DNA of 64,000 nucleotides from Dictyostelium discoideum (Eukaryota): NCBI GenBank assembly GCA_000004695.1, contig CM000153.2, positions 4,736,001 to 4,800,000 of the forward strand, read 5' to 3'. Shown piece by piece: positions 55,231 to 64,000 of this stretch (position 1 is its first letter; each line of letters starts with the position of its first letter). The notes under the pieces were generated by a model. It saw only the letters and a program-made list of their open reading frames with translations, ran no database searches and was not told where the DNA came from. The position numbers and the translations under genes were made by a program.

Positions 55231-55929
55231 ATAAAAAAAAAGTTTTGTGATATTTGAAAATTAATTTAATGTGCTAATAATAATTGTTTAAAAAATTTAT
55301 AAAACTCAATTTGAAATTTTAAAAAAAAAAAAATCAAACAATTTCATTTTCTTTTTCTTTAGATTTTGTTTTGATTTGGGAATAAATAAATTCGGATTTA
55401 TATATTTGTGGGTAGTGTGATTGCAATCATGTTAAAAATCCTCAGTACCCCACCAAAAAAATCATAATATTTTTTTTAATTATCTTTTTTTTTTTTTTTT
55501 CCCACGCTGTTTACTTTTTTTTTGGCTTGAGGTCAGAAAAAAAAAAAAACCAATGATTATCAAATCGGCAACAGTTGATAACTGAAAAAAAAATAAGAAA
55601 AAAAGATATTACGAAAATTCGTTTTACTTTTTTTCTAAATTTTTTTTTTTTTTTTTATTTTATTTTATTTTTTATTTTATTTTTTTTTTTTCAAAAACGA
55701 TTTTTTAAGGTTTTTTTTTTTTTTTTTTGTTTTATTTTTAAAGTTTTACATATATATAAACAATCAATTTAAAAAATGTAGGTCCTTTGACAATCTTAAA
55801 AATTAAAATAAAATAAAAATAAAATAAAAAATAAAAAATAATAAAAGAAGTTTGGAAAAAATGGAAAAAATAAAAATTATTATTATTTTTATAAAATATT
55901 AATAAATTAAAATATTTTCATAATTTAGG

Positions 55930-56931
55930 ATGAAATTTTTAATTGTTTTAATTTTAGCATTATTCGCTTTATCAAGTGTTAATGCAAGCAGCGCTATTGA
56001 ATGCGAACTTTGTGAATATGCTGCCAATTATGGTGAATTGCTCATTCAATCAAATGCCACCGAAACTGAAATTATCGATAAAGTTGAAAACTTTTGCAAA
56101 GTTATCCCATCTAGTTTCCAAGCCACTTGTGATAGTTTAATCGCAAACTATGGTAAACAACTCATTCAAATGATTGTCAACAAAGAATCACCAAGCACTT
56201 TATGCGCTCAAATTGATATGTGTGCATCATCAACTGAAGCCGTCCAAGGTATTTTAGAATGTGACATTTGCCAATTCATCGTTAAACAAGTCAACAAATA
56301 TATTTCAGGTAACGCAACTGAAGCCCAAATCCTCAAATTCTTAGATACTGATTGTGAAGTCTTTGGTAAAGGTGGTTCAGTAACTTGTCAAAACATTGTC
56401 AACAACTATGCCCCACAAATCATCAATTTAATCATTAACAACGCATCACCATCCCAAGTCTGCGGTCTTGTCGGTTTATGTGGCTCCTCTTTGAAAATCG
56501 AAGAACCAGTCCAAGGTGAATTAGAATGTGGTGTTTGTGAAGTCATTGCTCAACAATGCTCAAACTACATCAAAGCCAACAAAACCGAATCTGAAATCGT
56601 TGGTCTCCTCGATCAATTCTGTTCAACTCTTTCAATCTTTGAAAGTGCTTGTGATACCATCGTTGCCAGCTCTGCTCCAAAGATCATCAACTTACTCTTA
56701 CAAAACCAAAGTGCAACTGTAGTTTGTACCGAAATTGGCTTCTGTGGTAACTCTTCATCAGGTAATAACAACCATTCATCATCTGAAGAATCTTCATCAT
56801 CTTCCCAACCATCATCATCTTCTGAATCATCAGAATCAAGTTACTCTGGTTCAATGACTGGTGCTTCATCTGGTTCAGCTTCAGGTTCAGGTTCAGGTAC
56901 ATCTGGAAACATGAAAATTTACATCAAATAA
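55930..56931 (+). CDS. Secreted prosaposin-like protein with four saposin-B domains and a Ser-rich C-terminal tail (333 aa)
   Basis: Signal peptide MKFLIVLILALFALSSVNA. Four ~85-aa repeats, each with the 6-Cys SapB pattern (CELCEYAANYGE…FCKVIPSSFQATCDSLIANYGKQLIQMIVNKESPSTLCAQIDMC; then CDICQF…; CGVCEV…). The tail is SSSEESSSSSQPSSSSESSESSYSGS…. Confidence 0.8.
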   Translation: MKFLIVLILALFALSSVNASSAIECELCEYAANYGELLIQSNATETEIIDKVENFCKVIPSSFQATCDSLIANYGKQLIQMIVNKESPSTLCAQIDMCASSTEAVQGILECDICQFIVKQVNKYISGNATEAQILKFLDTDCEVFGKGGSVTCQNIVNNYAPQIINLIINNASPSQVCGLVGLCGSSLKIEEPVQGELECGVCEVIAQQCSNYIKANKTESEIVGLLDQFCSTLSIFESACDTIVASSAPKIINLLLQNQSATVVCTEIGFCGNSSSGNNNHSSSEESSSSSQPSSSSESSESSYSGSMTGASSGSASGSGSGTSGNMKIYIK

Positions 56932-57223
56932 ATTTAATAATTAAATAATTTAAGTTGTAAAAAGAAAAAAAAAAAAAAAGTAATAATAAAAAAAAATTAA
57001 AAAATTAAAAAAATATATATTTTTAGATTCGTGGGAAAATTTTCCCACTTTTTTCTTTTTTCAAAATTTTTTTTTCTTTTTTTTTTTTTTTAATTTCAGA
57101 CCTCTTTTCGATTTTATTTGAAAATTTACAAAAAAGCAAGATATTTTTTTTTTTTTTCTTTTAATTTTATTTTTTTTTTTTTTTTTTTTTTTTAAAAAAT
57201 TATTTTAGTTCATCACAATAAAA

Positions 57224-57254
<31 letters not shown>

Positions 57255-57558
57255 TTTCGATTCCAATCAAATATAAAAATGTAACTATAACTTTTTTTTC
57301 GATTTCTTTTTTTTATCAAAAAAATAAAAAAAAAAAAAAAAAAAAATAATAAAAATTATTGTTTGAAATAAAAAAAGCTATTTTTTAAAAAATTTAAAAA
57401 TAATAATATTTTATATAATTTGGTTTTTGGACATTTTTTTTTTTTTTTTTTTTTTTTTTTAGTAATTTATCAATAGAAAAAATATTAATCAAAAAAAAAA
57501 AATCAAAAAATCAAAATCGAAATCAAAAAATCAAAATAAAAATAAAAATAGATAAAGG

Positions 57559-58032
57559 ATGAAATATTTAAAGGGTTTAATTTTAGCTTTAGTAGCTTTA
57601 TCAAGTGTTAATTCATTAAATATAAAAGATGATGCTGAATGTATGCTTTGTAATGTTATAGTTGATGAAGCTGAGGCATATGTTGCACAAAATTTTAACT
57701 CCACTGAAATTTCTTCAATCCTCAGTGAAAATTGTCAATTACTCCCAAGCTTCCAAGACGTATGTATTGGTATTGTTGATGAATATACACCAACCATTAT
57801 TAAATATATAATTGCTAAAGAATCACCAACAACCATTTGTGAACAAATTAATTGTTGTGATTCATCATCATCATCATCATCATCTCAAGACTCTTCATCA
57901 TCAAATAATGACTCTTGGTCAGAATTTGGTTCATCATCTCAAGATTCTTCATCATTCGAAAATAATTCATCATCTGATAATTCTCAATCTAATACTGGTG
58001 CTTCAACAGGTACATCTGGTCATAGTTTGTAA
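57559..58032 (+). CDS. Secreted single-domain saposin-B/amoebapore-like protein with Ser-rich tail (157 aa)
   Basis: Signal peptide MKYLKGLILALVALSSVNS. One SapB domain (CMLCNVIVDEAEAYVAQNF…NCQLLPSFQDVCIGIVDEYTPTIIKYIIAKESPTTICEQINCC). Then a poly-Ser/Asp/Gln tail. Confidence 0.75.
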   Translation: MKYLKGLILALVALSSVNSLNIKDDAECMLCNVIVDEAEAYVAQNFNSTEISSILSENCQLLPSFQDVCIGIVDEYTPTIIKYIIAKESPTTICEQINCCDSSSSSSSSQDSSSSNNDSWSEFGSSSQDSSSFENNSSSDNSQSNTGASTGTSGHSL

Positions 58033-58404
58033 ATTAAACATTAAACTCCTTTTTAATAAATTAACCTTTTTATTATTATAAATTGTTTTTTTTTTATTGA
58101 TTTTTTTTTTGTTGATTTTTTTTTTTTTTAATTTTTAACACTTAAAAAAAAAGGTTTTGGGAAACTTTAAAAAAAAATATCTAAATTTCCCAAAAACTAT
58201 TTTTACCATTTTTTTATTTTTTTTATTTTTATTTTTTTATTTTTTTATTTTTATTTTTATTTTTTTCAAAACGATTTTTTTTTTTTCAACATTATTCAAA
58301 ACAGAAAATTCAATTTAATTTGTTTGCAATTATTTATTTATATTAAAATTTTATTTATAATTTTTTTATTTTTGTATTAGATAAAAAATAAAATAAAAAA
58401 AAAA

Positions 58405-58959
58405 ATGATGACTAAAGTTTATTATTATTGTTTTATTATATTTTTATTATTTATTTCAATGATAACATTATCAAATGGTGCAAAAGATATGGAATCAAAT
58501 GAACCAAGCAATTTAAACTTTTATGAATTAACAGAATCATTAAAAGAATCACCAGCATGTACAATTTGTGAATACTTTGTTAATGAAGTTGAAGTATTAT
58601 TATCAAGTAATACTAGTCTTTCAAAGATAAATCAAACTTTAGAACAAGATTGTGGTTTATTTCCATCATTTGTAGAGACATGTTTAGAGGTTGTTATAAA
58701 GTATACAACATTGATGATCAAATATATTGAACAAAAAGAAACAGCAATTTACATTTGTGATAATCAATTTAATTTATGTGATAGTGGTAGTCAATCAGAT
58801 TCAACAGATTATGATTCCTCAAATTCATTTACAGGTTCTTATAATTCAGGTTCATCAATTTCATTTTCTTCAGATTCTTCAAACCCATCATCTGGTTCAG
58901 GTTCTATAACAGGTTCAATGACAGGTTCTGGTTCAGGTTCAGCTGGTCCATTTTATTAA
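58405..58959 (+). CDS. Secreted single-domain saposin-B/amoebapore-like protein with Ser/Gly-rich tail (184 aa)
   Basis: Signal/anchor MMTKVYYYCFIIFLLFISMITLSNG. One SapB domain (CTICEYFVNEVEVLLSSNTSLSKINQTLEQDCGLFPSFVETCLEVVIKYTTLMIKYIEQKETAIYICDNQFNLC). A (GS)n-rich tail. Confidence 0.75.
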   Translation: MMTKVYYYCFIIFLLFISMITLSNGAKDMESNEPSNLNFYELTESLKESPACTICEYFVNEVEVLLSSNTSLSKINQTLEQDCGLFPSFVETCLEVVIKYTTLMIKYIEQKETAIYICDNQFNLCDSGSQSDSTDYDSSNSFTGSYNSGSSISFSSDSSNPSSGSGSITGSMTGSGSGSAGPFY

Positions 58960-59163
58960 AGTTTTTTTAAAAAAAAAAAAAAATAATAATAACAATAATA
59001 ATAATTTATATTTAAATTAAATATAAATTATATAATATCTAATATTGTGTATATAAATAAATTATTTATTAATATAAAAATTTAAAAAATATAATCAAGT
59101 GAAAAGTAGTAACAAAACGATTGAGTTGACCTTACAACAATTATTTCACCAAAAATATATAAT

Positions 59164-59196
<33 letters not shown>

Positions 59197-59211
59197 ATAT
59201 ATATTATTATT

Positions 59212-59258
<47 letters not shown>

Positions 59259-59282
59259 TTTGATTTATAATATATACATATT

Positions 59283-59662
59283 TTACAAATTAATATAAGG
59301 ACATGGATTAATATTAAAATCTCTAGAATAAATATATTCAATTATGGAATAGATTATTCTTAGGGAGGTATTGGTTTGATTTATTTCTTGAGAACACTCG
59401 ATGACATCACCATTTCTTTTTAATTTTAAATAACATTTATCATTGATAACTAGATGATTTTGAGGTTTCCTTTTAAATCCATCTTTGAATTTATTGAATA
59501 ATTCAAATCTTTTAAGTTCATCTTGAGTAGGAGATAAAATAACCATTGAGTTGTGAGAATAATAATCATGTTTACGGATACCAAAGTCATATATACCAGC
59601 ACAATCCTCAACAAAATATTTTTGTTTAGATGATATTGGTAATTTATAACCTTTACCACCTC

Positions 59663-59694
<32 letters not shown>

Positions 59695-62261
59695 GATGAA
59701 CTATTAGTTTCTTTATTAATACTCCAATTAGAATTAATATCATATATTATTTTTGCACCAGTTAAAAATACAGGATATTTGTTTAAGGAACGTTTATTTG
59801 AATAAATAAAATCTTTACATGAATAATTCCATTGAATTTCTTTTGCCTTAAATTGATCAATAGTTAAGGGATCAATTCCACTACCAACATAAAGACCATA
59901 ATCATCATTTTCCCTATGATACATTAAATTTGATAATTCCGTAATAATTATAGATGGTACTTTTTGATTTAAAAATTTAATAATTTCTTCATTTAATGAT
60001 AATTCATTATTATTATTATTTATATTATTATTAATGTCATTATAATAATAATTTGATGACAATGTTTGTGGTATTTGAATATTTGGTTGTGGTGAACCAT
60101 CATTGGTATTATTATTATTATTATCATCATCATTTATCATTGATAAATAATTTTCAATTTCTAAATTTTCAATAAATTGTTTTTGATAATTTTGATTATG
60201 TTCAATATGAACTAAATTAATAAAAAGATCAATTCTATGAATATTTAATTTAATTTGATTAATGAAGTTTTCCATGCTTCTTGTATTTACTTGAAAATTG
60301 ATTTTAATTATTGATAATCTTTCTAAACTTGATTCATAATCAGTTTTTTTAAATTTTTCAATAAACTTTTTCTTTGCAATTAATGGAAAACGTGTTGTAA
60401 TTGTTACATTGAAACCAAATTTTAAAAATGATTGAGCCACATCGAAACCCACACCAACTCTACCACCTAAAATAACGATATTCATTTGATTGAGTAATAA
60501 TCTAAAGTTTGGATAAAACATTGGAAAAATGGAACCTTTTTTTTTTTTACACTCGTGGCAATTATCCAATGAACATTCATTGGATGATCGATCAATCTTG
60601 AAAACTTGTTTTGGCATTTCAAGCATTTCAGTAGTATTACATAGATTACATTTCCTCAAAAGTTTCATACCTAGTTGTCTAAATTTTACAATTGGAAATT
60701 TGAATGATAAATCATGAAATTCATTGAGATTAGAGTGATTTTGACCTTTAGCCCTCATTAGAGAATACACATCATTAGTTATTAAATAATCAGAGTCTTT
60801 TGATATATCCAATAACCATCGATTAAATTGAGTTAATAACATTAAAGTTCCAGATTCAAAAACAACACTGGGTCCATAATCTCCAAATAGATGTTCATAA
60901 TCTAAAAATGATTCGATTGGTGTGTTTGTTGATAGTTTAAAGAATTTTTCAACAAATGGTAAATCTGGACCAATGTTTCCCGCTTTTATTATCATTTGAA
61001 GAGAGTTTTCAAATGGTTGAATCCCAGATTGATTATCCTTTGGACAATAATTATTAATAATATTATCAAAACCACGAATTGTATACTTATTGATTCTTGA
61101 TATATCTAAACCCGGTGCGATATAGTTAATTCTATTATTGAATGATCTAACTGTTCTTGGTAGCATATAAACATTATCACCATCATAAACACTTGAACAA
61201 CAATCGAAGTCGAAATAAAAGATTATATCTTGAATTGATCTATAAAGAGTTAACATAATTTGAATTTGTCTATATGGATATTTTGATACTAATGAAATTG
61301 CATTTGTGGTTCTTATAAATGTATAATCATCCTTATTAAAATTAACATCTTTTTTTAAATTATTTAAAACTTGATTCGCAACTTGTCTTAACTTTTCTTC
61401 ACCATTTATTAAATTATCAGTAATTATCCATAAATCAATATCTGATTCAAAATATGGTGATTTTATACCATGATATCTTTGAAATAATAATTCTCTAAAT
61501 TTTGAACCTCTTTCAACCAATTCCATTAAATAATCAACTAAAATAATTGGCATTCTTGATTTATATAAAACTCTTTTAATTTGTACTAATTTTAAATATT
61601 CTCTTTTAATTTCAAAAGGTAAACTATCTAAACATGCCGTTATTGAACCACCTGCTACTACAACTTTTGTTTTATCATCACTACCACTACCACTACCACT
61701 GCCCCAACCAAAATCTTTATCAAATATTCCATTTGTAAAAACTGAAAAACATTTTTTAAATAATTCTAATGATGGTACGATTGAATAATCACCATTTTTT
61801 AATTTTCTATGAAATGGTTTTGGATTATCATCAAAAGCGATAGTGTCTCTTGCTAATTCTGATAATGATAAATTACCTTGATTACTTTTAAAGATTTCTT
61901 TATTACAATATAATTTTGGTTTTGTAAAAAAATGATTTTCATAAACTTCTTGATCATAAACTTTAATTAATTTTTGATAATTATTATTATTGTTGTTATT
62001 ATTATCATTATTAAATATCATTGTTGATGTATCGGTTGTATTATTATTTCCAATATTAAAGATTGAATCTTTAATATATCCAAATTGAACTTCTTTATAT
62101 TCTTCCAATGAAACCAATTGATTAACCATACCTATAGAATTTTCTAATAAACCAATAAGGTTACACATAAGGTGTATATATTTAACTTTTTTAAACATTT
62201 TTTTAATACAATTATCAATTAACATAATTAATTGATCATTATTATTGTTATTATTATTTTG

Positions 62262-62360
<99 letters not shown>

Positions 62361-62785
62361 ATATAGTTTTAATTTTAATAATGTTTCAATATAGATATAT
62401 TCTGTTTGAAATGGTTTTTTAAGTTTTTCTTGAACATGAGATCTAAGGAAAAGTTCAATTTCACTTAAATGTGATAATAAACACATTGATAATAATTTAA
62501 CCCTTTTTTTAACTTTATCTTTGAAAAAATAATGATATAGTGGGGTATGTCCGACATCTGAATCTATATTTAATATGAATTCTTGAATTTCCTTATCATT
62601 TTCATTCTTTATTTCAATTGAAACCGATGGATTCAATGATGAGAGTAGATTATCCATTTCTTTCATTTTGTTAATTACATACTTTGATACTTTATATAAC
62701 ATATTAACTTTTGATTGTGAAATTTCCATTAAAATTTCATTAAATCTTTGTTTTTTATAATTTATTTTAAATTCATTATATTTTC

Positions 62786-62851
<66 letters not shown>

Positions 62852-63133
62852 CATGACAAAAGGAAGATAAAAATAGTCTTACTTTTGGACCTAATGAATT
62901 AGGAGAAATTAGTAACATTAAATCTAAATTTTTTGGATGAGCTTTTGCACAAGAAAAAATAGGGGAGGAGTATTTATCTGATAAAACTGTATATTTTGAA
63001 ATGGTTATCCCTGAGTAATCATAACCAAAATAAAAATTTTCAATTTGAATGATTGAATGAATAGGAGGTTCTTCAGATTGAAATTGGACAAAATATTGAT
63101 AGACTGAATCTGTAATGCAAGATGTATTTCTTA

Positions 63134-63217
<84 letters not shown>

Positions 63218-63314
63218 ATTATTATTATTTGATTTTTTTTTTTGTATAATGTAAATATTATAATGTAATAAGTTAGTTTTGAAATGAGTATATATATTTA
63301 ATTTTGGAGAGAGG

Positions 63315-63346
<32 letters not shown>

Positions 63347-63675
63347 TACAAATTATTAAAAAGCGGATGTTCCATACTTCCTAAAAATTGAAAAACTAGA
63401 TTTAAATGTTTTATATTTTTTGAAAAAGAGCTTGTTAATGATGGTTTATTATTAAAAAATATTGAAAATTTATTGACTATTGAATTATCTTTATTTAAAA
63501 ATAATGAAATTAATCTATCTATTTCAAAATTATTTTTATTTCTTGTTTGAATATAGGATTCAATTGCTTTTGTTTCATTTTCATTTGAGATTTTAATGAA
63601 TTCTTCTTCAATTTCATATAAATTTTCAATATTTATTTCTTTTTCATCCAATTCTAGTTCTTCATTTTCTTTCAT
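59283..63675 (-). CDS. Large Asn-rich hypothetical protein (~1390 aa) with SDR-like Rossmann motif, 2 exons: 63675..63350 and 63129..59283
   Basis: Exon 1 (ORF 63346..63675, MKENEELELDEKEIN…SMEHPLFNN) ends AAT AAT TT|GTAAGTTTT. The 219-nt intron is essentially (AAT)n on the coding strand. Acceptor aattaag|A AAT ACA TCT TGC is the only phase-consistent AG and reads into the 1211-aa ORF (…LMLLISPNSLGPKV…). It contains several poly-N tracts, a Gly/Ser linker (GWGSGSGSGSDD), a 'LGGRVGVGFDVAQSF…NVTITTRF' block matching the SDR TGxxxGxG NADP-binding pattern, and a Cys/His cluster (CNLCNTTEM…CSLDNCHEC). Confidence 0.6.
63132..63229 (-). repeat. (AAT)n microsatellite (ATT/TTA on plus), ~33 units, forming the intron of the large gene 59283..63675
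   Basis: Trinucleotide run located exactly between the inferred donor (63349) and acceptor (63130). Confidence 0.85.
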
Positions 63676-63741
63676 TTCTATTTGATTTAAATGGATTTTG
63701 AAAAAAAAGGTGTCTAATGGATTTTGAAAAAAAAGGTGGAG

Positions 63742-63777
<36 letters not shown>

Positions 63778-63785
63778 AAAAAGTG

Positions 63786-63817
<32 letters not shown>

Positions 63818-64000
63818 AAATCAATAATTGTTTTTATTTATGGAAAAAAAAAAAAATCTTGTAATTCGATATTTAAATTTTATATTCTGTCCACCATTTT
63901 ATCTATTTTTTTAATAAAAAACAATAAAGTAAATATAAAACTAATAATACATCCATACATATTAGAACAACCACCACTATAAATTTGGAAAATAAAAAAA

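Overview
This is an extremely AT-rich eukaryotic window. Genes are compact, introns are short (about 80-220 nt) with GTAAGT/GTATGT donors and AG acceptors, and coding regions carry long in-frame (AAT)n/(CAA)n tracts (poly-Asn/Gln). Together these are the signature of a dictyostelid social amoeba, very probably Dictyostelium discoideum. It is not a prokaryotic accessory island. The many TTG-'started' ORFs in the supplied track are internal exon fragments.

I reconstruct about 25 protein-coding genes, many with 2-4 exons. Intron boundaries were inferred by eye from frame continuity and splice consensus.

Recognisable housekeeping genes: vps41 (HOPS), mcm2, Integrator subunit 4, CstF-77/cstf3, a PqaA-family secreted protein, a PanB-PanE bifunctional pantoate-pathway enzyme, a family-3 (GABA-B/metabotropic-glutamate-like, Grl) GPCR, a CaCA cation exchanger, an FKBP+TPR protein, and a truncated Nog1-like GTPase paralogue.

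The accessory-looking parts are:
- a tandem pair of type-II membrane proteins (one with a Ser/Thr kinase, one without) that share a TM segment, Thr/Pro-repeat stalk and a novel C-terminal extracellular domain;
- a tandemly duplicated pair of secreted Cys-rich + Dictyostelium-type cellulose-binding-module proteins;
- a cluster of three saposin-B (amoebapore-like) genes;
- a ~1390-aa Asn-rich protein with an SDR-like Rossmann motif.

Two introns (ints4 and the large gene) consist almost entirely of (AAT)n microsatellite. No rRNA, tRNA, CRISPR or transposon was identified by eye. I could not run any search; all family calls rest on remembered motifs and are graded accordingly.
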